Origin: an uncultured Clostridia bacterium | GTDB lineage: Bacteria; Bacillota; Clostridia; TANB77; CAG-508 | NCBI GenBank assembly: GCA_944389225.1 | Contig: CALXLP010000004.1 | Location: 7,314 to 71,313 of the forward strand | Length of the DNA stretch: 64,000 nucleotides | Direction of reading: 5' to 3' | Part shown: positions 51,067-61,900 of the stretch, in pieces | Layout of the letters: the number at the start of each line of letters is the position of its first letter | Numbering within the stretch: the first letter of the stretch is position 1 | The notes under the pieces: model-generated | Seen by the model: only the letters and a program-made list of their open reading frames with translations | What the model was told of the DNA's origin: nothing | Databases searched by the model: none | Program-made: the position numbers and the translations under genes

Positions 51067-51819
51067 AGGTGGAAGTAGTTCTACCTTTAATATTTTTTAT
51101 AGTTATCCACTTTTTATGAAAAGATTGTGGATAAAGTGAATGAAAAATATAGTATAAATTTTTAATATATAATAAGAAATATAAAAAAACAAATTTAGAT
51201 AAAAATAGAAAAAAATAGTAAAAAAAAGAATAAATTAAAAAAAAATAGAAAATAAGAGATTTTAATATATTAATATTAAAACAAGAAAAAACAAAATGAA
51301 AAAAATAGCAAAAAAAAGAATAAATTAGAAAAAAATAGAAAAACAAAGAAAAAACAAATATTTTTTAAAAACAAAAAATTAATAAAAAATATTAAAAAAG
51401 AAAATAAAATATAAAAAAATAATAAACAAAAAAATAAATATTTTTAACTTAAAAATAATAAAATAAAAAATAATTAATTATTAAATTTATTAAAAATAAT
51501 AAAAAAAGAAATAAAAATAAAAAATAATATAAAATAAATTAAAAAAATAATTAAAAAATGAAGCATGAAAATCAAAAATAAGGCGATTTTATTTTTTGGT
51601 AATATAATTTTATATCTAAAATAAATAAAAAAATAAAAAAAATAATTAAAAAAATAAAAAAATGTAAAAAAAATAAAGCGTGAAAATCAAAAATAAGCCA
51701 ATTTTATTTTTTAGTAATATAATTTATATAAAAAAATAATAAAGATTTTTATATAAAATAGTAAAAAAAGAAAAAAATAGAAATAAAGAGAAAATCAAAA
51801 ATAATAAAGTTATACACAA
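51067..51819 (+). repeat. 750-bp ultra-A-rich (plus strand) spacer between dnaN and recF with internal direct repeats and two DnaA boxes
   Basis: TTATCCACT 51093 and TGTGGATAA 51117. A ~48-bp unit is duplicated at 51211-51258 and 51301-51348. A ~65-bp unit GAAAATCAAAAATAAG(G/C)C(G/A)ATTTTATTTTTTNGTAATATAATTT is duplicated at 51561-51630 and 51676-51745. Almost no C on the plus strand. Confidence 0.8.
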
Positions 51820-52914
51820 ATGGAGAGTAATATGTGGATAAGTAAAATTAGTTTAAACAATTTTAGAAATTATGAAAATGAAATAATTGAATTAAATAAA
51901 AATTTAAATGTATTTTATGGTGAAAATGCACAAGGAAAAACCAATATAATTGAAAGTATTTTTTTGTGTAGCATGGGAAAATCGTTTAGAGCAAAAAAAG
52001 ATGTGGAAATGATTCAATTAGGAAAAGAAAAAGCAAGTATAGAAATTTTATACGAAAAATCTGATCGATGTGGAAAAATAAAAATTGATTTATCTAATAA
52101 AAAAAATATATTTTTAAATGGAATAAAATTAAAAAAATTAAGTGAATTATTAGGCAATATAAATGTAGTTATTTTTACTCCTGATGATATTCATATCTTA
52201 AAGGGGGGACCACAAAATAGAAGAAGATTTTTAGATATTATGATAAGCCAGTTGAAACCAAACTATATGTATAATTTAAATTTATATTTAAAAACAATAG
52301 AACAAAGAAATAATTATTTAAGACAAATTAGAGAAGAAAATAAAAGTGAAGAACTATTAGATATATGGGATGAAAAATTAATAGAATATGCAGAAAAAAT
52401 ATGTGGATATCGAAAAGAGTTTATCAAAAAAATACAGGAAAAAATAATAAAAATTCATAAGGAAATAACAGATAATAAAGAAGAATTAAAAATTGAGTAT
52501 CTTACAGATTGTGAAGATAAAGAAAAGTATAGGAAATTATTAAAAGAAAGAAGAAAGTTAGATATTATAAAAGGATATACAACAAAAGGAATTCATCGAG
52601 ATGATTTTACAATATCTATAAATGATAAAGATTTAGGGACATATGGATCCCAAGGACAACATCGAACAGCAATATTATCTTTAAGAATGGCAGAGTTAGA
52701 TATTATATATGATGAAATTGGAGAATATCCAATATTATTATTAGATGATTTTATGTCAGAATTAGATGAAAAAAGAAGAAAACATTTATTAGAGAAAATT
52801 GAAAATATACAAGTGATTATCACTTGTACCGATAAAATAAAGCTTGAAAATAAAAATATTTTAATATATAATGTAAAAGACGGAAAAGTAAGAAAAGAAA
52901 ATCAAGAGTTTTAG
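51820..52914 (+). CDS. recF: DNA replication/repair protein RecF
   Basis: Walker A GENAQGKTNI, SMC-like signature; likely start ATG at 51832 (MWISKISLNNFRNYE). Confidence 0.9.
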   Translation: MESNMWISKISLNNFRNYENEIIELNKNLNVFYGENAQGKTNIIESIFLCSMGKSFRAKKDVEMIQLGKEKASIEILYEKSDRCGKIKIDLSNKKNIFLNGIKLKKLSELLGNINVVIFTPDDIHILKGGPQNRRRFLDIMISQLKPNYMYNLNLYLKTIEQRNNYLRQIREENKSEELLDIWDEKLIEYAEKICGYRKEFIKKIQEKIIKIHKEITDNKEELKIEYLTDCEDKEKYRKLLKERRKLDIIKGYTTKGIHRDDFTISINDKDLGTYGSQGQHRTAILSLRMAELDIIYDEIGEYPILLLDDFMSELDEKRRKHLLEKIENIQVIITCTDKIKLENKNILIYNVKDGKVRKENQEF

Positions 52915-52926
52915 GAGGAGACACAA

Positions 52927-54855
52927 ATGGAAAAATATAATCATAAGTATGGGGCAGAACAAATACAAGTATTGGAAGGGCTTGAAGCCGTAAGAAAAAG
53001 ACCAGGAATGTATATAGGAAGTACATCTATCAGAGGACTTCATCATTTAGTATATGAAATTGTAGACAATGGTGTAGATGAGGCACTTGCGGGATATTGT
53101 ACTGAAATTAATGTTATTATAGAAAAAGGAAATGTTATTTGTGTAACAGATAATGGTAGAGGTATACCAGTAGAAATACATCCAAAAACACATATATCAA
53201 CAGCAGAAACGGTATATACTGTTCTACACGCTGGAGGAAAATTTGGTGGAGATAGTGGATATAAAGTATCAGGAGGATTACATGGTGTTGGTGCATCGGT
53301 AGTAAATGCTTTATCTACTTGGGCAGAAGTAACCATAAAAAGAGATGGTGGACTTTATCAAATGTCTTTTGAAAAAGGAAAAACAGTAAAAAAACTAGAA
53401 AGAATTGGAGATGCAGAAGGAACTGGTACTAAGGTTAGATTTTTAGCAGATGATACGATATTTGAAAGTTTAGAATATGAATATGAAGTATTGGAAAAAA
53501 GATTTAGAGAAATTGCATTTTTAACAAAAGGATTGAAGATTACAATAGAAGATCAAAGAGAGGAAACACCAAAAAAAGCTGAATTTTGTTATGAAGGTGG
53601 TTTAATATCTTTTGTAGAGTATTTAAATAAAAATAAAGAAAAGTTACATAAAACACCAATTTATATAGAAAAAGATGGAGAAGTACCTGTAGAAATTGCA
53701 ATACAATATACATCAAGTTATTCAGAAAATATATATACATTTGTAAATAACATCAATACAATTGAAGGGGGAACTCATCTAGAAGGATTTAAAAGAGCTT
53801 TAACAAAGGTTATGAATGATTATGCAAGAAGTCATAACATATTAAAAGAAAAAGACAACAATTTACAAGGGGAAGATATTAGAGAAGGAATAACAGCAGT
53901 AGTATCTGTAAAAGTAAAAGAACCTCAATTTGAAGGACAAACAAAGACAAAATTAGGAAATAGCGAAGTTACAGGTGTTGTACAAAGTATGGTAAATGAA
54001 GCTTTATCTACATTCTTAGAAGAAAATCCAAATGTAGCAAAAGCGATATTAGATAAATGTATCAGTGCATCAAGAGCTAGAGAAGCAGCAAGAAAAGCTA
54101 GGGAATTAGTAAGAAAGAAGAGTAATTTAGAAACATCTACATTACCAGGAAAACTTGCAGATTGTAGTAGTAAAAATGCTGATGAATGTGAAGTGTATAT
54201 TGTTGAGGGAGATTCTGCAGGTGGTAGTGCAAAACAAGGAAGAGATAGAAAATTCCAAGCAATATTACCATTATGGGGAAAAATGCTAAATGTAGAAAAA
54301 GCGAGAGCTGATAAAATATATGGAAATGATAAATTAAATCCAGTTATTGTTGCAATTGGTGCAGGAATTGGTGCAGATTTTGATGTTACAAAGATAAGAT
54401 ATGGAAAAGTAATCATCATGGCAGATGCTGATGTTGATGGTTCACACATTAGAACATTATTATTAACATTCTTCTTTAGATATATGAGACCATTAATAGA
54501 AAATGGAAATGTATATTTAGCACAACCACCATTATATAAATTATCTAAAAAAGGAATGGAAGATAAATATTGTTATACAGATGAAGATCTAGAAAAAGCA
54601 TATAAAGAATTAGAAGAAAAAGGAATTACAAGAGATTCATTATCATTACAAAGATATAAAGGTTTAGGAGAAATGAATCCAGAACAGTTATGGGATACAA
54701 CAATGAATCCAGAAACTAGAATTCTTATTAAAGTAACTATGGAGGATGCTCAAAAAGCAGATGAAATCTTTACATTATTAATGGGAGACGAAGTAGAGCC
54801 AAGAAGAGAATTTATACAAAAAAATGCAAAATATGTAAGAAACTTAGATATTTAA
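52927..54855 (+). CDS. gyrB: DNA gyrase subunit B
   Basis: GHKL ATPase N-terminus, [21 protein letters not shown], 642 aa. Confidence 0.97.
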   Translation: MEKYNHKYGAEQIQVLEGLEAVRKRPGMYIGSTSIRGLHHLVYEIVDNGVDEALAGYCTEINVIIEKGNVICVTDNGRGIPVEIHPKTHISTAETVYTVLHAGGKFGGDSGYKVSGGLHGVGASVVNALSTWAEVTIKRDGGLYQMSFEKGKTVKKLERIGDAEGTGTKVRFLADDTIFESLEYEYEVLEKRFREIAFLTKGLKITIEDQREETPKKAEFCYEGGLISFVEYLNKNKEKLHKTPIYIEKDGEVPVEIAIQYTSSYSENIYTFVNNINTIEGGTHLEGFKRALTKVMNDYARSHNILKEKDNNLQGEDIREGITAVVSVKVKEPQFEGQTKTKLGNSEVTGVVQSMVNEALSTFLEENPNVAKAILDKCISASRAREAARKARELVRKKSNLETSTLPGKLADCSSKNADECEVYIVEGDSAGGSAKQGRDRKFQAILPLWGKMLNVEKARADKIYGNDKLNPVIVAIGAGIGADFDVTKIRYGKVIIMADADVDGSHIRTLLLTFFFRYMRPLIENGNVYLAQPPLYKLSKKGMEDKYCYTDEDLEKAYKELEEKGITRDSLSLQRYKGLGEMNPEQLWDTTMNPETRILIKVTMEDAQKADEIFTLLMGDEVEPRREFIQKNAKYVRNLDI

Positions 54856-54866
54856 TTAAAAATTTA

Positions 54867-54897
54867 AAGGCAGATAATATTATATTATCTGCCTTTA
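54867..54897 (+). terminator. hairpin terminator after gyrB
   Basis: AAAGGCAGATAATA / TATTATCTGCCTTT 14-bp stem. Confidence 0.5.
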
Positions 54898-55345
54898 ATC
54901 AATAAAGCTAATAATAATCTCTGTTAAAACAAATATACATAATTTTCAAATCTAGCATATATTACTATATGCATAAACTCTCAACCACATATATTTATCA
55001 TTCACTCGACCATTAATACACTACTAACAACTAAATTCATCCAAGAAATGGACTAATATTAATGATTAAAAAATATAAGAATAATCTTAACTAAAATATA
55101 TTACATATTATTTTGCCGAATCCATATAATCTAAAAAATATAATAAAATAAAAATACAGCATACAAACAAGTAATATATTCACATCGCCGACATAGTACA
55201 ATATAATAAAACACCATACTACATCTTTGCTCAAATTATAATAAACATATAAAACATCTACTATAACTCTTTGTTTAACTATTATTAACCTTATATTTTT
55301 ATTATGCTCAAAAAGAAAAAAATTATACAACAAAAAAAATGTCGA

Positions 55346-55394
55346 ATATTGTCAACAACTTTTTATTGACAATAATTGTAAAATAATGTAAAAT
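55346..55394 (+). promoter_or_regulatory. near-consensus sigma-A promoter (TTGACA-17-TGnTAAAAT) with operator-like inverted repeat overlapping the -35
   Basis: -35 TTGACA 55366-55371; 17-nt spacer; extended -10 TGTAAAAT ending 55394; inverted repeat ATTGTCAA (55348-55355) / TTGACAAT (55366-55373). Confidence 0.55.
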
Positions 55395-55474
55395 GCTTTC
55401 AAAGGAAGTGATAAGAAATAAAAAATAAAACTGTCCAAGAATGGATTCCTATTTATCAAATTTTTAAAGATGGG

Positions 55475-57822
55475 ATGATTGAAATTGAAAATCATACATA
55501 TGTAAAAATATTAGAAGTTACACCGATTAATTATAATTTAAAATCTGATTTAGAAAAAGAAGCTATTTTAAATTCTTATAAAATTTTTTTTAAAACTTGT
55601 CAATTTGATATTCAAATTTTAATTCAAAGTAATAAAGAAGATTTAAGTCATCATATTTCAAAAATTAAAAAATGTATTTTAAAAAAAGAAAATAAATATT
55701 TAAAAAGTCTATCTGAAAATTATATTCAATATATTTCTAATCTAAATAATAATAAAAAATCATCTTCAAAGAAATTTTATATCATTATAAAAAATCAATC
55801 ATTTAATAAAAAAGAAAAAAATCAAGAAATTATCAAACAAGAATTAAATGAAAAATATTTAAAAATAAAAGAATGTTTATCCCGATGTGGAAACAAAGTG
55901 AGTGCTGTGGAAAAAAGAGAAGAAGTACTGAAAATATTGTATTCATTTTTAAACACAAAAAAATATTTTAATAAAAATTATAAAAAGGAGGAATAAAAAT
56001 AAAATTAAAAAATATTTTTAATAAAAAAAGTCGTGAAAAAAATCTAGACATTTTAGAAGGAACAATATTTGAAAAAGATAAAATTTCTCCCGCATATATA
56101 AATATTCAAAATCCTAAATATATAGAAATCGATAATATATATTATGCAGGAATTATAATTGTTGATTATTATAGAGAACAAACAGATATTATATTAAAAA
56201 GTATTATAGAAAGTAATATAAATGTAGATATATCTATTTTTTATGAAAAGCAAGATTCTTATAGAGTAATAAGAGAGTTGACTTATCATATAGGAAATGT
56301 AGGATTAGAAGTTAAAGAAAATCATGAAAATAGACAAGACATTGAAATAGCTACATCTATTTATGGAGATGCAAAATATATAAGGAAAGAAATGCAAGTA
56401 AATAATGAAGAAATGTATTATTTATATATGTATTTATTAGTATATGCAGGGGATATAAAAGAATTAGAATATTCAATCAATAAGATTGAAGGGATATCTC
56501 AAAGTAAAGGATTACAAACAAGAAGAGCAAATTTTAGACAGGAAGAAGTATTTAAATGTTGTATGCCAATCATGCAAAATCATAAACTTGTAAAAAATGT
56601 AGCAAAGAGAAACATATTAACATCTAGTCTAATATCTACATATCCATTTATATCTTCTAGTATTTTTGATGAAGAAGGAATTTTTATAGGAACCAATATA
56701 TATAATCATTCACTTGTATTTATTGATAGATATGATACACAAAAATATAAAAATGCGAATATTTGTATATTTGGTACAAGTGGTGCAGGTAAATCTTTCT
56801 ATACAAAATTATTAATTTTAAGATATAGATTAATGGGAATTAAACAATATATTATTGATCCAGAAAGAGAATATGTTAGTTTAAGCGAAAAATTAAAAGG
56901 GACGAGGATTATTATAGGACCAAATTCTAATACATATATTAATATATTGGAAATTAGAAAAGAAAGTATAGAGGATGGAGAAAATGGATATTTGGCAACT
57001 AAAATAGGAAAATTAATTGGATTTTTTAATTTGATTTTTGGAGAATTAAATGAGGAAGAAAAAGCATTAATAGAAGAAAAATTAATTGAAACGTATAAAG
57101 AAAAAAATATTACCTTTGATGATAAATCTTTATATAAAAAAGAAAATAAAAAATATATATTTAAAAATAGAAAAGATATGCCAATTCTAGAAAATTTATA
57201 TAATATTTTAAAAAGGGATAAAAAAACAGAAAAATTCGCAATAAAATTAATTCCATTTGTAAAAGGATCAATGAAATTTTTTAATCATTACACAAATATA
57301 GAATTAAAAAATGAATTAATTATTGCAGATATATATGAACTAGGAGAAGAAAATTTAAAATATGGAATGTACTTATTTACAGATATTTTTTGGGATAAGA
57401 TAAAAGAGGACCGAAAAGAAAAAAAAGCTATTTATTTGGATGAAATATGGAGATTAATTGGAGTAACATCGAATAAAAATGTAGCAAGTTTTATCTATAA
57501 AATATTTAAAACTATTAGAAAATATGGAGGAAGTAGTGTTGCTATTACACAAGATATTTCTGATTTATTTAGTTTAGAAGAAGGTATTTATGGAAAAAGT
57601 ATATTAAATAATTCTAGCATAAAGACATTTTTTGCATTAGAAGAAGAGAATATAAAAGTATTATCAGAATATGCTAATTTATCAGAAAAAGAAAAAATAG
57701 AAATAAAATCTTTAAAAAGAGGAGAGTGTTTAATGTTTGTTGGTGAAGATCATATCTTGACGAAAATAGAATGTTCTGATGAGGAATATGAAATTATAAA
57801 GGGAGAAAAAAAGAATGTATAA
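55475..57822 (+). pseudogene. second VirB4-family ATPase (long Orf16-like form) interrupted at a poly-A tract. N-terminal piece 55475..55996 (173 aa) is in one frame; the ATPase body runs from 55984 to 57822 in the -1 frame with no canonical start codon
   Basis: Body has ISPAYINIQNPKYIEIDNIYYAGIIIVDYY...DISIFYEK (VirB4 N-domain), Walker A IFGTSGAGKSFYTK, Walker B IYLDEIWRLIG. The first canonical in-frame start is TTG at 56278, which is after the conserved N-domain. Inserting one A into the A5 run at 55982-55986 fuses both pieces into a ~785-aa protein. Confidence 0.6.
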
Positions 57823-58825
57823 AATTATAACAGCTATAGTAGAAGAAAATATATTAAAAAAAATCATGAAAAATATAAAAATAGAAAATAAAAATATTAT
57901 ATATAGAGAAGCCATTTTAGATATATTAAAAAAGAATAAAAATATAGATATTATAATTATTAGCGAAAAAATTCCTGGAGATATAGATTTCATAAAATTA
58001 ATAAAACAGATACAAAAATTAATACCAAAAATAAAAATCATAATTATTTTATCTAATAAAAAAAGAGAAAAAGAATTCATGCAATTAAAAATAAAAAATA
58101 TATATTACAATAATTTAGTTGATAGATATAAATTAATAAAAGAAATAAAAGAAAAAAATAAAAGTATATTGCCGACAGAAAAACCAACAAAGATTAAATT
58201 AATAAATATTATTAAAAATAAAATAAAAAAACATATAAAATTACCTAATAAAAATAATGTAATATGTATTTATGGAAAAGATAAAATAGATAAAAAAATA
58301 ATAGAATTAATTATAATAAAAAAATTAATTAATAAAAATAAAAGGATAGTTTTTTTTGACTTAAAAATAAATAATAAAAAAACAAGTAATAGTTTCAGGA
58401 AAATTGTAAAAAGAAAAACTATAAAAAATAAGTATTATTTAAAGGTAAATTATAAAATAAAAGAAAAAATAATTAATAGAAAAATAAAACAAATTATAAA
58501 TATAAATAACATATTAAATAAAAAAGATAATTTAACTAAAATAAAAATATTAAAAGAAATTATTAAAAAATATGAAATAAATAATTATTATATAATTATA
58601 AATATAAATTATAAAAAAATAAAAATAAATAAAATTAATATAAAAAATAAATATATAAATATAATTATTTTAGAAAATAATTTAAAAAATTTATTAGAAT
58701 TAAATAAAAATATAAATAAAAATTTAAATTTAATAATAATAAATTATATAAAAAATAATTTATCAAAATATTTTTATAAAATAATTTTAAAAAACAAATT
58801 TAATAAAATAAAAATAATCAATTAA
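57815..58825 (+). CDS. Lys/Ile/Asn-rich protein. N-terminal ~125 aa resembles a CheY-like receiver / TadZ N-domain and is followed by a degenerate ParA/CpaE-like segment. The C-terminal half is low-complexity and may be chance read-through into the A-rich array.
   Basis: MYKIITAIVEENILKK...IDIIIISEKIPGDIDFIKLIKQIQK...IKIIIILSN fits the alternating pattern of a receiver fold; VICIYGKDKIDKKIIE at the position of a degenerate P-loop; overlaps the upstream gene by 8 nt. Confidence 0.3.
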   Translation: MYKIITAIVEENILKKIMKNIKIENKNIIYREAILDILKKNKNIDIIIISEKIPGDIDFIKLIKQIQKLIPKIKIIIILSNKKREKEFMQLKIKNIYYNNLVDRYKLIKEIKEKNKSILPTEKPTKIKLINIIKNKIKKHIKLPNKNNVICIYGKDKIDKKIIELIIIKKLINKNKRIVFFDLKINNKKTSNSFRKIVKRKTIKNKYYLKVNYKIKEKIINRKIKQIININNILNKKDNLTKIKILKEIIKKYEINNYYIIININYKKIKINKINIKNKYINIIILENNLKNLLELNKNINKNLNLIIINYIKNNLSKYFYKIILKNKFNKIKIIN

Positions 58826-58918
58826 AAAATTTATGAAAGATAAAAAATAGATCTGAAAAAATAATTGAAAACGAAGAAAGCTTCTTCAGAAATTTTATAA
58901 TAAATTTATTAATTAAAA

Positions 58919-61900
58919 GTTTACGAGAGAGAATATTAAGAATCTATACTATTATAAATAATGTAATAAAAAATATTAAAAATGAAAAGAAAAAAGTCTA
59001 CGCAAAAAAGGAAAAAATGAATTCAGAAAAATGATAAAGAATATAAATAAGAAAAAAAGAACAGTAAACATAAAACTAAAATAAAGTCAATGGAAAACAA
59101 TAATATAATTAAAAGAGAAAAAAGATTTTAATGCAAAAAGAAGAAGAGAAAAAAGTAAAGTAAAAAATAATATAAAAAAAGAATAATAAAATTACAAAAA
59201 AGAAATTAAAATAGAAATAAAAAAAATATTAAATAAAAAATAAAATAATAAGTAAAATAAAAAAATTATTAATAAAAAAAATAAATATAAAAATATAAAA
59301 AATTTAATAGAAAATAAAAAGAAAAAAATTATAAAAAAATAATTAATAATTAATTTAAAATTAATTATTAATTAAATAAATTATGAAAAAAAGAAAAAAT
59401 TGAAAAAAGAAAAAAAATAAATAATTATTTAATTATTTAAAATTTTGAATAGTGTATAAAAAGTAAAAAAAAAATCAAATAAACAAAAAAGATGAAATTA
59501 ATGAATATAATTTAGTTTTAAAAATAAATTAAAAGTTTACTATAAAAAATAAAAATATAAATATAAGAGTAAAAACAGAAAATAAAAATGTGAAAAAAGA
59601 ATTTTAAAAGACTACGCATAGAAGTAGAAAGAAAAAAATAAGTTAGATGAAAAAGAAATAGATATAGAATGTGCTTAGGTAGACATAAATTTAAATAAAG
59701 ATATAAAATTTCTTCTAAAAAACATGGAAAAGAATTCTAAAATTTGATTTATAAAAAAGTATATATACATATATATATGGAAAATAAAAAAATAAATAAA
59801 AGAAATTTAATAATAATATAGAAAAAATAATTAAAATGAAAAATATTAAATAAAATAAAAAAACATAATAAAAAAGAATAAATAAAAAATATTATAAAAT
59901 AAAAATATTTTTATAATATTAAATAAATAATTAAAAAAAATAATTAATATTAAATAAAAAATAATTAAGAATAAAAAATCAAAGCATTAAAATGAAAAAT
60001 AAAGTAATTTTATTTTTTATTAATATATTTTTATTATCAAAATATTAATAAATAAATAATAAAAAAAGAAAAAAATAAATAAAAATAAAAAAGTAAAATA
60101 AACAGATAAAAAAGAATAAAGTGTAGAAATAGAATTAGATTAAAAAATATATTTTTAAAGTTTACATGAAAGAAGAGAAATAAACAAAAAAGAAAGAATA
60201 ATTTTATAAAGAAACTTGAAATGTAAAATTGAAATACCTAGGCATAAAAGGAAAAGATCAAAAAGTATAAAATTAATAAAGTTTGAAATTAAAAAGATAC
60301 AAAGGAAACATAAAGTGAAAATAAAATAAGATAAAAACTTTATTTTGTATAAGAAAATGAAGTAGCAAAAGGATAAATTTAATAAAGAAATAATTAAAAT
60401 TAAAAATTAAATAAACAAAAAACAACGATTAAAAAGTTATAAAAAATAAAGTATAAAAAAATAATAAATCAAAAAATAAAATATAAAAAAATAAAATATA
60501 AAAAATAATAAATAATAAATAATATAAATATAAAAAAATAATATTAAATAATAATAAATAAATATTAAATTAAAATTAAAAAAAATAATAAAAAAATAAA
60601 ACATTAAAATAAAAAATAAGACGATTTTATTTTTTATTAATATATTTTTATTATTAAAAAATATTAATAAAACAAAAAATAATTTATAAAAAATAAATAA
60701 AATATAAAAAGAATAAAAATAAATAGCTAAAAGAAATTGAAGAAAAAAAACAGTTAAAGAGAGATCCTTAAGAAAAAAATAATTTAGAAGAGCATGAAAT
60801 AGAAGTTTACATGTAAAACAGAATGCAAAAAGAAAACATCAAGAAAAAAGGAAGAAAAAGTAAAAAAATAAATACGAAATACTTAGGCAAAAAAGAACAT
60901 GAGCTTAAAAATAGAAAATTGGATATGATGTAAAAACAGAAAAACCAAGTAAACATAAAATAAAAATAAAATTTGTAAATATAGTATAAAAATAGAGAAG
61001 AAGTGTAAAAAAATAAGGAAAAAATATTAATAGTTAATAGAAACAGGAAGAAGAATTTTTTAGAAAAATTTTCTGAAAAAATTTAGAATAAAAATATAAA
61101 ATAAAAAATCAATAATAAATAAATAGAAAATAAAAAAACAAGTAATATATAAAATAATAATAATAATAAAATAAAATTATTAAAACAAAAAATAAAGCAA
61201 TTTAATTTTTTAATAATATATTTTTATGATTAAAAATAGAAATATGATTTATAAATAATTAATAAAAATTATTTTTTAAAATTAATTAATAAAAATAAGT
61301 ACAAAAAATACCATAAAAAAAGAATTAAAAAATAGAAATAGAAAAAAATTAGAATAAAAGAAATAAGTATATTAAATATAATTAAAATGTGAAAAAGAAA
61401 AAAATCCCAAAAAAGTTGTAATAGAAAATACAAAATAAAGGTTTACAAAAAAAATAAATATTAGGAGGGGATAATATTTTTATAGGAAGAAAAGATAAAA
61501 AAATAAAAGGATAAACACCTAGGTAAAGAAGAAAAGAAAATAAATGTACATCAATAAAAATGAAAAAATAACATGTAAAACGAAGTAAACATAAAAACAA
61601 AATAAAGTTTTATAATAATGCAATTAAATAAAAAGAAAAAAATAAAAATTCAGAAAGATAATATAGAAAAAAGTAAAAAAAGAGAAAAAATATTAGAAGG
61701 AATTCTAAGAAAATATAAAAAAATAAATAATAAAAATTAAATATGAATTAATAATTAAATAAAAAATATGAAAAAATAAAATTATTAAAATAAAAAATAA
61801 AATAAATTAAATTTTTAATAATATATTTTTTATTAAAACTATATTATATAAATAATTAATAATAATTAAAAAATTAAAAATTAAAAATAATATAAAAATT

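Noticed and set aside
51047-51346. 99-aa minus-strand ORF overlapping the dnaN stop and the A-rich spacer
   Set aside because: Translation is poly-Phe/Tyr/Leu from the T-rich complement of an A-run repeat. It overlaps the dnaN terminator and has no RBS.
55091-55333. 80-aa minus-strand ORF in the gyrB-downstream spacer
   Set aside because: No RBS and low-complexity sequence. The region reads better as promoter or leader DNA for the plus-strand VirB4-like operon. The G-poor composition on the plus strand may instead mark an element junction.
55975-55995. Classical dnaX-type programmed -1 frameshift heptamer
   Set aside because: The sequence is U-AAA-AAG rather than A-AAA-AAG, and the SD-like GGAGG is downstream rather than ~10 nt upstream. 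A programmed shift is therefore not well supported by canonical rules. It is kept only as one of three alternatives (with phase variation and homopolymer error) in the finding.
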